Part shown: positions 9,567-17,687 of the stretch, in pieces
Numbering within the stretch: position 1 is the stretch's first letter
Layout of the letters: every line of letters starts with the position of its first letter
The notes under the pieces: generated by a model
Told to the model about the DNA's origin: nothing
What the model saw: only the letters and a program-made list of their open reading frames with translations
Database searches by the model: none
Position numbers and translations under genes: made by a program
Assembly (NCBI GenBank): GCA_964634545.1
Contig: CAZWIW010000004.1
Location: 1 to 61,033, forward strand
DNA length: 61,033 nt
Reading direction: 5' to 3'
Source of the DNA: an uncultured Rubrivirga sp.
GTDB lineage: Bacteria > Actinomycetota > Actinomycetes > S36-B12

Positions 9567-10040
9567 TTGCCTCCGTCGCGAGATTTTGCTCACATCCGGG
9601 GCTTTTGGCGCGATTCGGGCTTCCGGCCGGGCGGCACTGACCTCCTTGGCTTAGGGGTCGAACCCCTCCTTGGCTTAGGGGTCGAGCCGCTGCGTGGCCT
9701 AGGGTTCGAGCCAATGGACGCCCCCAGCGATGCGGTCGAAGGCGTGCCCGAAGTGGCGCTGCCCCCGCGGCCAACGCAGCCGGCTCAGGACGTTCCGCGC
9801 ACCTACTTGCTCGGTTCGCTCCTGGTGACGGCGTTGCTGTTCTTGCCAACCGGCGTCGTCGCTGTTGTCTTGTCCTGGAGAGCAAGGGTCTGGATCGGGC
9901 GCGGAGACCTAGCGCGGGCGCGGAGCTTTTCGCGGGCTGCCCTCGTCATCATCATCGTGACGGCTGTGATCGGTGTGCTCGTCTATGTGGCCTTGATCGG
10001 CGCGCTGTTGGGACTCGGTGCCTTCAGCGCCGGTGGCTAG
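9567..10040 (+). CDS. CD225/dispanin-family small membrane protein with an N-terminal 8-residue tandem repeat
   Basis: The C-terminal part matches the CD225 pattern ([51 protein letters not shown]). The TTG at 9567 is the only in-frame start upstream of the repeat and is preceded by aggagg at 9558..9563. The alternative start is ATG 9714. See the finding on the synonymous substitution pattern. Confidence 0.65.
   Translation: MPPSRDFAHIRGFWRDSGFRPGGTDLLGLGVEPLLGLGVEPLRGLGFEPMDAPSDAVEGVPEVALPPRPTQPAQDVPRTYLLGSLLVTALLFLPTGVVAVVLSWRARVWIGRGDLARARSFSRAALVIIIVTAVIGVLVYVALIGALLGLGAFSAGG
9642..9713 (+). repeat. 3 x 24-nt tandem direct repeat, in frame with the CD225 ORF
   Basis: The units are 9642..9665 ctccttggcttaggggtcgaaccc, 9666..9689 ctccttggcttaggggtcgagccg and 9690..9713 ctgcgtggcctagggttcgagcca. 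They encode [16 protein letters not shown] and LRGLGFEP. Confidence 0.85.
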
Positions 10041-10050
10041 GCTCGCCCGC

Positions 10051-11628
10051 GTGGATCAGGTTGGTACCGAGCGGGACACCGTTCTCGTCGTCGATTTCGG
10101 TGCCCAGTACGCCCAACTCATCGCTCGGCGGGTGCGCGAGGCTCGGGTGTACTCCGAGATCGTTCCGCACACCATCTCCGCCGCAGAGGTGGCACAGCGT
10201 GCCCCGGCCGCGATCATCTTGAGCGGGGGGCCAGCCAGTGTCTATGCGCCCGGCGCCCCTGACTTCGACTCGAAGATCTTGGAGTTGGGTCTACCGGTCT
10301 TCGGCATCTGTTACGGGTTCCAGGTTATGGCCCAAGGGCTAGGTGGTTCCGTTGCTCGGACGGGCGGCAGCGAGTACGGCGGGACGGCACTGAACGTCGT
10401 TGAAAATGGAACCCTCCTTGACGGCCTACCCGATTCGCTGAACGTGTGGATGTCCCATGGCGACAGCGTGGAACGCGCCCCCGAAGGTTTCTCGGTACTC
10501 GCCGCCACGCCGGGCGCTCCGATCGCTGCGTTCGAGGACACCGCTCGATGCTTGGCTGGCGTGCAATTCCATCCGGAGGTCGTTCACACCGCGCATGGTC
10601 AGCGCATGCTCGAGCATTTCCTGTGGCAGATCGCCGGATGCGAACCGAATTGGACGATGGCGGGGATCATTGACGAACAGGTGGAACGAATCCGCGCCCA
10701 GATAGGTCAAGCCCGGGTCATCTGTGGCCTCTCCGGCGGGGTGGATTCTGCCGTCGCTGCGGCGTTGGTGCAGCGCGCGGTCGGCGATCAGTTGACCTGC
10801 ATCTTCGTCGACCACGGGCTGCTTCGGGCCGGCGAGGCTGAACAGGTTGAACGCGATTTCGTCGCCGCCACGGATGTGCGCTTGCTGGTGGTTGATGCCC
10901 GGCAGCGATTCCTCGATGCGCTCGCGGGCGTCGAGGACCCAGAGACCAAACGAAAGATCATCGGTCGGGAGTTCATTCGGGTGTTCGAGGACGCTGCTCG
11001 CCAAGTTGTCACCGAAGCCGGTGACGACGGCGGCTCGGTGGAGTTCCTCGTTCAGGGCACGTTGTACCCGGATGTTGTGGAATCCGGTGGGGGATCGGGA
11101 ACGGCGAACATAAAGAGCCATCACAATGTCGGTGGGCTGCCGGATGATCTGCAGTTCACGCTCGTGGAGCCACTTCGCACCCTCTTCAAAGACGAGGTAC
11201 GCGCGGTAGGGCTGGATCTAGGTCTCCCGCAGGAGATCGTCTGGCGACATCCATTCCCCGGGCCGGGGCTGGCGATTCGCATCATCGGTGCTGTTGACGA
11301 GGAGCGTTTGTCGATCCTTCGCGCTGCGGACGCCATCGCCCGCGAGGAACTCACCGCTGCGGGTTTGGATCGTGATGTGTGGCAGTTCCCGGTGGTGCTG
11401 CTCGCCGACGTTCGCTCCGTGGGGGTGCAAGGCGACGGACGAACCTATGGACATCCGATCGTGTTGCGACCTGTCTCCAGCGAAGATGCGATGACGGCCG
11501 ACTGGTCACGGCTGCCCTACGAGGTGATCGCCACGATTTCCACGCGCATCACCAACGAGGTACCCCAGGTGAATAGAGTCGTCGTTGATGTAACGAGCAA
11601 GCCGCCGGGAACTATCGAGTGGGAGTGA
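10051..11628 (+). CDS. guaA: GMP synthase (glutamine-hydrolysing)
   Basis: It has a GATase-1 domain (ICYGFQ catalytic Cys), an ATP-pyrophosphatase P-loop [11 protein letters not shown], and a C-terminal dimerisation domain ending PPGTIEWE. I prefer the GTG at 10051 because it removes the overlap with the CD225 gene. The track start is 10018. Confidence 0.95.
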   Translation: MDQVGTERDTVLVVDFGAQYAQLIARRVREARVYSEIVPHTISAAEVAQRAPAAIILSGGPASVYAPGAPDFDSKILELGLPVFGICYGFQVMAQGLGGSVARTGGSEYGGTALNVVENGTLLDGLPDSLNVWMSHGDSVERAPEGFSVLAATPGAPIAAFEDTARCLAGVQFHPEVVHTAHGQRMLEHFLWQIAGCEPNWTMAGIIDEQVERIRAQIGQARVICGLSGGVDSAVAAALVQRAVGDQLTCIFVDHGLLRAGEAEQVERDFVAATDVRLLVVDARQRFLDALAGVEDPETKRKIIGREFIRVFEDAARQVVTEAGDDGGSVEFLVQGTLYPDVVESGGGSGTANIKSHHNVGGLPDDLQFTLVEPLRTLFKDEVRAVGLDLGLPQEIVWRHPFPGPGLAIRIIGAVDEERLSILRAADAIAREELTAAGLDRDVWQFPVVLLADVRSVGVQGDGRTYGHPIVLRPVSSEDAMTADWSRLPYEVIATISTRITNEVPQVNRVVVDVTSKPPGTIEWE

Positions 11629-11641
11629 GGAAACCAGCGAC

Positions 11642-12007
11642 ATGGATTTCGTCTACAACTTGATTTTGATCTTGCACTTCATCGGTCTTGCGAGCGTGGT
11701 CGGCGGGTTCCTCGTGCAGATGCGCTCGGCGGAGAAGGGCGTCAACCCGGCGATGCTGCACGGGGCGCTGACCCAATTGGTGACCGGGTTGCTGCTCGTC
11801 GGTCTGCCGGAAATGGGTGTCGCGACTCCGTACCCCGGCTGGGAAGAGTGGAATCACGTCAAGATCGGCGTGAAGCTCGTGCTGACCTTGGTGATCACGG
11901 TGCTGGCGTTCGTGGGCCGCAAGAAGCCGCTGCCGCAAACCGCGCTGTGGGGAACGATCGGCGGCTTGTCGATCGCCAACATCTTCATCGCCGTCCTCTG
12001 GTCCTGA
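11642..12007 (+). CDS. Small integral membrane protein (about 4 predicted TM helices), function unknown
   Basis: 121 aa with hydrophobic segments LILILHFIGLASVVGGFLV, LVTGLLLVGL, LVLTLVITVLAFV and IGGLSIANIFIAVLW. The ATG lies 13 nt after the guaA stop. Confidence 0.6.
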   Translation: MDFVYNLILILHFIGLASVVGGFLVQMRSAEKGVNPAMLHGALTQLVTGLLLVGLPEMGVATPYPGWEEWNHVKIGVKLVLTLVITVLAFVGRKKPLPQTALWGTIGGLSIANIFIAVLWS

Positions 12008-12010
12008 CCG

Positions 12011-12184
12011 CCCCCCTCCCCGTTTCCGCCAGCGGCTGGACGATCGACCGTCAATCGTCCAGCATCGGCCGGACTTCCGGTCATTTCTCCAGCCTCTGGC
12101 GGATACCCCACTAACGGCCTCGAAGCTGGCGGAATGACCGTCGATTGCCCAGCCGCTGGAGGAAACGGCGGGGGTGGTTAGGGG
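12011..12184. repeat. Nested-palindrome intergenic repeat element (REP/MITE-like) that fills a convergent intergenic gap
   Basis: It contains four ~20-nt units. The two forward units are 12019..12039 cccgtttccgccagcggctgg and 12077..12099 ccggtcatttctccagcctctgg. The two inverted units are 12121..12140 cgaagctggcggaatgaccg and 12148..12174 cccagccgctggaggaaacggcgggg. Outer units pair at 19/20 and inner units at about 16/20. The right arm recurs at 1..38. Confidence 0.7.
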
Positions 12185-12915
12185 ACGTTGATGACGTGGA
12201 AGGTCTCGGCCAGATGGCCCTCGGGCAGGCCGGCCTCGTAGGCCGCTGCTGCCAGCCACCCGCGCACCCGCTCTTCGACCAGCTCCGGTTTCGGTAATTG
12301 CGAAACGTGGCAGGTGATGGCCCGCATCTTGTCCCCAAAGGTCTCGGTGACGTCGATGAACCGGTTCGGAGTGGGTGACGCCATCATCCAAACCTCGGGC
12401 ACGATCCAGTCCTGCAACCCTTCGTCCTGCAACAACGTGGGGTGCGCGAACGGGTTGCGCGCATCGGGGTAGACCGCACGGATGGCGGCCTCCCCGGTCG
12501 CCAAATGATCCGGATGCGAGGCCGGTAGTCGATCCCAGATGCGGTCGGGCGATTGGATCAGCATGCGCTGTGGGCGTACCTGCCGGATCAGTCGACTGAT
12601 GTCCCGGCGCAGATCCTGGGAAACGGTGACGTCTCCGTCCTTGTAGCCCAGGAAGTGCACGTCGTGGACCCCGATGGACTCCGCGGCGGCCCGTTGTTCA
12701 CGTTGGCGGATCGCCGGGATCTCCGAGCGCGGCACTGCCGGGTCGAAGCCGCCGGCGTCACCATCGGTGACGATCCCGTAGCTGACGGAAATGCCCGATT
12801 TCGTCCACTGCGCGACGGTTCCAGCCGCCCCGAAGTCGACATCGTCCGGGTGGGCCATGATCGCGAGGACCCGTTCCACCTCGGTCTGCTCGTCCACGAC
12901 TGCTTCCTCCTCCAT
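12178..12915 (-). CDS. PIG-L/LmbE-family N-acetylglucosaminyl deacetylase
   Basis: 245 aa with the LmbE signature LAIMAHPDDVDFGAAG and downstream His/Asp residues (HPDH). Confidence 0.85.
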   Translation of the reverse strand: MEEEAVVDEQTEVERVLAIMAHPDDVDFGAAGTVAQWTKSGISVSYGIVTDGDAGGFDPAVPRSEIPAIRQREQRAAAESIGVHDVHFLGYKDGDVTVSQDLRRDISRLIRQVRPQRMLIQSPDRIWDRLPASHPDHLATGEAAIRAVYPDARNPFAHPTLLQDEGLQDWIVPEVWMMASPTPNRFIDVTETFGDKMRAITCHVSQLPKPELVEERVRGWLAAAAYEAGLPEGHLAETFHVINVP

Positions 12916-12986
12916 GCCTCAGCGAATTCGCGACGCACCATGGGACCCATTCACCACTTGTGACACTTTCGTGACACAGTGGGGGG

Positions 12987-14519
12987 GTGCTTCCCCGGCT
13001 TCCCCGGCGTCATGCCCATTGTGCCGTGCCCGCAACGCGGGCCGCTGCGCGCCGTGGGTTGCCTATATCGGTGGCGATCGCTGCCAGCCTAGGAATGACG
13101 ACGTCCCTACTCGTGGGCCCCGCTTCGGCGGTTCAGGGCAACCTCACCTGGCAGCCCACCACGTGGACCGGCCCGACCGCGGGACCTCCGGTTCCCGGTG
13201 AAGGGCTGCCGCCTGCTGTCACCCCCGCGCCACTTCCGCCGCTTCCGCCGGATGTCCCCGTGACGATTGAGTACGAGCCGCAGACCACCTGCGAAGACTC
13301 ACCCAAGCCGGGCGCGCTGCGCTTGGAGCAGATCATCAAGGGCACCTACGGAGCCAGCGAGTACACCTGGATCCCCCGCGATTGCGATCGCGGCGGGCGC
13401 AGCGAACACAAGGAAGGTCGCGCCATCGACTGGATGGTGGATGTGCGTGACCCGCAAGATCGCGCCAACGCCGAAGCCTTCCTCGCGTGGTTACTCGGTC
13501 CGGATTCCGCCGGACGTCCCTACGGCCACGCGCTGCAACTAGGCATCATGTACATCGGTTGGCACGACCGGTTCTGGCGCGGATACGACCGCGAAAGGGG
13601 CTGGACCGAACTCAAAGGTTGCTTCGCCAAGACGGAGAAGAAGTACGACAACTACTGCCACCGCAACCACATCCACATCTCGCTGACCTGGGCTGGTGCT
13701 CGCGGCGAAATCCCCGGTGCCGCACCTGCACCCGTGCCCGTCGAACCTGCTCCCGCTCAGCCAGCACCCACCGAACCGGCACCTGCGGAGCCCGCGCCCG
13801 CCCCACCGGCGCCTCCCGAGGCAGCCGAAGAAGGCTTCTATGGCATCGGCTCGGCGCTGGGCTATGAATCGGCTTCGCTAGGTCCCTTGCAGCCTGGTGA
13901 GATTCGCACCGTCGCGTTGAACGGTGTCGATCCGGCGGCCACCAGCGCGCTGGTCGCGGTCACCACGCGAGAGGCTGATCGCAAAGGTCGGTTGCGGATC
14001 GGCACCGGGACCGAGAAGTCCAATAGCGCCGCAGTCAAAGTTCCCAAGCGCGGTGCTCGCACGGTGATGCGAACCGTTCCGGTGTCCGGTGGCGCGGTGC
14101 AGATCAAGGCGCCGAAGAAGTCCCCGGTGCAGGTCCGTGTCGACGTGCTCGGGTACACGGTTGGTGCCGAACCGACCAAGGCGAAGGGTTTGCCGCCGAC
14201 TGGATTGCACAAGGGCAAATTCAAAGCCGGTGAAGTGAAGGTCGTGAAGGTGCGCGGGGTCGGTCGGGTGCCCAAGAAAAAGAAGAAGGTGACAGCGGTC
14301 ATCTTGCGTGTGACGACGAAGGGCCGCGGTGAACCCGGCCGTTTCGCCGCCTATCCGGTCGGTGGTGCGGATCTAGGCACCCCGTCTGCAGCCGTTCCGG
14401 TCGATGGCAAGTACTCATCGCTCGTGGTCTCCGACATCGGCGAGAAGGGTTTGATTGCGTTGGCGTCGTCGGCGAAGACGAAGGCGAACGTCAAGATCGT
14501 GGGTTACGTACGCCGCTGA
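12987..14519 (+). CDS. Secreted LAS-type (VanY/Hedgehog-fold) zinc peptidase-like protein with a Pro-rich linker and two C-terminal beta-rich modules
   Basis: The signal-peptide-like N-terminus is RRGLPISVAIAASLGMTTSLLVGPASA-VQ. An HxxxxxxD motif (SEHKEGRAID) and an HxH motif (HRNHIHIS) are present. The linker is PAPVPVEPAPAQPAPTEPAPAEPAPAPPAPP. Two ~100-aa modules end in VDVLGYTV and VKIVGYV. The start codon (GTG 12987) is uncertain. Confidence 0.7.
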   Translation: MLPRLPRRHAHCAVPATRAAARRGLPISVAIAASLGMTTSLLVGPASAVQGNLTWQPTTWTGPTAGPPVPGEGLPPAVTPAPLPPLPPDVPVTIEYEPQTTCEDSPKPGALRLEQIIKGTYGASEYTWIPRDCDRGGRSEHKEGRAIDWMVDVRDPQDRANAEAFLAWLLGPDSAGRPYGHALQLGIMYIGWHDRFWRGYDRERGWTELKGCFAKTEKKYDNYCHRNHIHISLTWAGARGEIPGAAPAPVPVEPAPAQPAPTEPAPAEPAPAPPAPPEAAEEGFYGIGSALGYESASLGPLQPGEIRTVALNGVDPAATSALVAVTTREADRKGRLRIGTGTEKSNSAAVKVPKRGARTVMRTVPVSGGAVQIKAPKKSPVQVRVDVLGYTVGAEPTKAKGLPPTGLHKGKFKAGEVKVVKVRGVGRVPKKKKKVTAVILRVTTKGRGEPGRFAAYPVGGADLGTPSAAVPVDGKYSSLVVSDIGEKGLIALASSAKTKANVKIVGYVRR

Positions 14520-14543
14520 GGAACGCACATTACGCTTTCGGCT

Positions 14544-15401
14544 ATGGCTCGACGCGGCGCATGGCAGGCAAGCAAGATCGTCACCCGGAAATCGTGGGCG
14601 GTCCTCAAGGAGAACCCCTACCTGTTCGCCTTCCCGGTTATCGGAGTGGTGCTGAGCATCATCCCGCTTGCCGTCTTCGGCATCCCGGCCTTGTATTTCG
14701 TGGAAACCGATAACAACTGGATCGCCATACCGTTAGCCATTGCGCTGATGTTCGGCGTGCAGGCGGTGATCACTTTCCCGGCAGCAGGGTTGGTCTCCGC
14801 TGTGGACGAGGAAATGCACGGGCGTGACGCTTCGGTAGGCGCCGGGATGTCCGCAGCCTTCTCGCGGTTCGGTCCACTCGTGGCCTGGTCGGCGATCTTG
14901 ACGGTGGTCTCGGTCCTCATCAACCTCATTCGCGGTAACGGCCAGGGAGGGCTGATCAGCAATCTGTTGCGCGGAGTGCTCGCCGCCGCGGCCGACATCA
15001 TGTGGCAGCTCATCACCTTCTTCGTGCTGCCGGTGATGATGATCGAGAAGGCTTCACCGATCGACGCCATCAAAGCCTCCAGCGCGCTGTTCAAGAAGCA
15101 ATGGGGTACCCAGTTGGCTGGCGGGGTCCGGATCGGCGGTCTGGTAGCACTCCTGGTCATCCTGCCCGGCGCGCTCATCCTCGGCGCAGGAGTCGGGATC
15201 GTCTTCGCCGGCACTACCGCCGCCGCGATCATCGGAGTCGTCACGGCTGCGATCGGCTTCTTGGTCATCGTGCTCGGTGGCTTGGTCATCAACGCTATGC
15301 GCGGCATTTACTCGGTGGCCCTGTACTACTACGCCAAGGATGGCGAGGTGCTGGGTGGATTCACCGGCGAGGAATTGCAGTCCTCGGTGCGTCTGAAGTA
15401 G
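14544..15401 (+). CDS. Polytopic membrane protein (DUF6159/GPDPase-membrane-domain-like)
   Basis: 285 aa with multiple TM helices and no catalytic motif recognised. Confidence 0.6.
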   Translation: MARRGAWQASKIVTRKSWAVLKENPYLFAFPVIGVVLSIIPLAVFGIPALYFVETDNNWIAIPLAIALMFGVQAVITFPAAGLVSAVDEEMHGRDASVGAGMSAAFSRFGPLVAWSAILTVVSVLINLIRGNGQGGLISNLLRGVLAAAADIMWQLITFFVLPVMMIEKASPIDAIKASSALFKKQWGTQLAGGVRIGGLVALLVILPGALILGAGVGIVFAGTTAAAIIGVVTAAIGFLVIVLGGLVINAMRGIYSVALYYYAKDGEVLGGFTGEELQSSVRLK

Positions 15402-15452
15402 TTCCCAGGCAGTAGCGCGATCGTCGTCACACCCGCTGCCTAGGATTCCCCA

Positions 15453-17687
15453 GTGATGGACCCCGCTGCTCTCGTGCACGATCTCAACCCCTCCCAGCAG
15501 GCGGCTGTCGAGCACCGTGGCGGTCCGCTGTTGATCGTGGCTGGTGCGGGATCGGGCAAGACCCGAGTCCTCACCCGGCGGATCGCCCACTTGTTGGCCA
15601 GCGGCGATGCCACACCAGGGGAGATCCTGGCGATCACCTTCACGAACAAGGCTGCCGCGGAGATGAAGGAGCGGGTGGCCGAACTGGTTGGACAAGCATC
15701 TCGGGCGATGTTGGTCTCCACCTTCCACAGTGCCTGTGTGCGCATCCTGCGCAAGGAGGCTTCTCGACTCGGCATCGCAACGAGTTTCAGCATCTATGAC
15801 CAAGCCGATTCGCTGCGCTTGATGCAGATGGTCATCCGTGATCTGGACCTGGACCCGAAGCGATACCCGCCGCGGTCGTTTCTCGGCCAGGTATCGGCGG
15901 CGAAGAACGAACTTATCGACCAAGAGACCTATGCCGCCAAAGCGAGTAATCACATGGAGCAGACCGTCGCGGAGGCCTATGCGGAGTACCAGCGCCGGCT
16001 GATCCGCGCCTCGGCTTTCGATTTTGACGACCTCATCGGCTCGACAGTCGCCTTGTTCCAGTTGTACCCGGATCTTGCCGAGCACTATCGCAGGCGGTTT
16101 CGACACATCCTCGTAGATGAGTATCAAGACACCAACCACGCCCAGTACACGCTGATCCGAGAACTGGTCGGTCCCAGTGATGGCGACCCACCGCCGGGCA
16201 GTTTGTGTGTGGTGGGTGATGCTGATCAGTCGATCTACGCCTTCCGTGGTGCGACGATCCGAAACATCGAGGAGTTCGAGCGGGATTTCCCCGATGCCAC
16301 CACGATTCTGCTCGAGCAGAACTACCGATCCACCCAGAACATCCTCAGTGCCGCCAATGCGGTGATCTCGCACAACTCTGCGCGTCGTGAGAAGCGACTG
16401 TGGACCGACGAAGGTTCCGGTGAGCCGATCGTTGGCTACGTAGCCGACGATGAACACGACGAAGCATCGTTCATCAGTCAAGAGATCGACCGGCTGGTGG
16501 ATGAACACGGCTACCGCCCAGGCGACGTCGCCGTCTTCTATCGCACCAACGCGCAATCACGTTCGGTCGAAGAGGTTTTCATTCGCATGGGCATGCCGTA
16601 CAAGGTGGTCGGGGGAGTGCGCTTCTACGAACGACGAGAAGTTCGCGACGCGCTTGCCTACCTGCGCTCGATCGCCAACCCAGGCGACGAAGTTTCACTA
16701 CGACGCATCCTGAATGTTCCGAAACGTGGCATAGGTGAACGAGCCGAATCGGCGGTCGAATCCTTCGCGGAGCGTGAGCGGATCACCTTCGATGCGGCGC
16801 TGCAGCGGGCCGATGAAGTGACCGGCCTAGCGGCGCGGTCGCTGAACTCGATTCGGGGTTTCGTCACGATGATGGAGGATCTGCGCACCCTTGCCGAGTC
16901 AGGAGCCGATGCCCCGACTGTGCTGCAGGCCGCGTTGGAGCAAAGCGGATACGTGGCCGAACTGCAGGCCTCGCATGATCCGCAGGACGAGGCCCGGGTG
17001 GAAAACCTCGCCGAGCTTGAATCCGTCGCCCAGGAGTTCGCCACCGCGAATGCGGATTCGACCCTGGTGGAGTTTCTCGAGCAGGTGTCTTTGGTAGCCG
17101 ATTCCGACCAAATTCCCGACGACGATTCCGGCGGGGGCGTCGTTACCTTGATGACGTTGCACACCGCGAAGGGTCTGGAGTTTCCGGTTGTGTTTCTCAC
17201 CGGCATGGAGGACGGAATCTTTCCGCATATTCGATCCATGAGCGATCCCACTGAACTCGCGGAGGAACGCCGGTTGGCTTACGTAGGCCTCACCCGCGCC
17301 CGGCAGCGGCTTTACGTCTCACGATCGGTTACCCGATCCGCGTGGGGCACCCCTGCCTACAACCCAGCGTCACGCTTCTTATCCGAAGTGCCCGAGGAAT
17401 TGATCGAGTGGCGTCGGGAGGAGCCGATCGCCAAGCCGATCGGTTTGGGAGGCTTTGGCGCGGCTCCGTCATCGTCGAGTGCGGCGGTCAAGCTCGGTGA
17501 CCGAGTGGTCGGCAAGGGCCCGGTGGCTTCACTGGAAGCAGGTGACCGCGTGACGCACAGCAAGTTCGGGCTCGGCACTGTGGTGAGCACTTCGGGATCG
17601 GGCGATAAGTCAGATGCCACCATCGACTTCGGCTCGGCGGGCACCAAGCGATTGTTGCTGCGCTACGCGCCGGTCGAGAAGCTCTAG
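15453..17687 (+). CDS. pcrA: ATP-dependent DNA helicase PcrA/UvrD family
   Basis: It has Walker A AGAGSGKT, motif II VDEYQDTN and UvrD-type motifs throughout, plus a C-terminal Tudor-like tail (GDRVTHSKFGLGTVV). Start is GTG 15453 or ATG 15456. Confidence 0.93.
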   Translation: MMDPAALVHDLNPSQQAAVEHRGGPLLIVAGAGSGKTRVLTRRIAHLLASGDATPGEILAITFTNKAAAEMKERVAELVGQASRAMLVSTFHSACVRILRKEASRLGIATSFSIYDQADSLRLMQMVIRDLDLDPKRYPPRSFLGQVSAAKNELIDQETYAAKASNHMEQTVAEAYAEYQRRLIRASAFDFDDLIGSTVALFQLYPDLAEHYRRRFRHILVDEYQDTNHAQYTLIRELVGPSDGDPPPGSLCVVGDADQSIYAFRGATIRNIEEFERDFPDATTILLEQNYRSTQNILSAANAVISHNSARREKRLWTDEGSGEPIVGYVADDEHDEASFISQEIDRLVDEHGYRPGDVAVFYRTNAQSRSVEEVFIRMGMPYKVVGGVRFYERREVRDALAYLRSIANPGDEVSLRRILNVPKRGIGERAESAVESFAERERITFDAALQRADEVTGLAARSLNSIRGFVTMMEDLRTLAESGADAPTVLQAALEQSGYVAELQASHDPQDEARVENLAELESVAQEFATANADSTLVEFLEQVSLVADSDQIPDDDSGGGVVTLMTLHTAKGLEFPVVFLTGMEDGIFPHIRSMSDPTELAEERRLAYVGLTRARQRLYVSRSVTRSAWGTPAYNPASRFLSEVPEELIEWRREEPIAKPIGLGGFGAAPSSSSAAVKLGDRVVGKGPVASLEAGDRVTHSKFGLGTVVSTSGSGDKSDATIDFGSAGTKRLLLRYAPVEKL

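Noticed and set aside
9642-9713. Tandem repeats at 9642..9713 and 51139..51204 considered as a CRISPR array
   Set aside because: The units are directly adjacent with no spacers, there are only three copies, they are 22-24 nt long, and there are no cas genes in the window. They are not CRISPR.
12989-13007. Direct duplication gcttccccg gcttccccg at the 5' end of the peptidase ORF
   Set aside because: It is a 9-nt tandem duplication in a region whose coding status is uncertain (upstream of the likely signal peptide), and it is too short to interpret.
15054-16556. 500-aa minus-strand ORF opposite the DUF6159-like gene and pcrA
   Set aside because: It is antisense to pcrA, which has a full helicase motif set. 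Its composition is low-complexity and Arg/Asp/Gly-rich. This is a GC-frame artefact.
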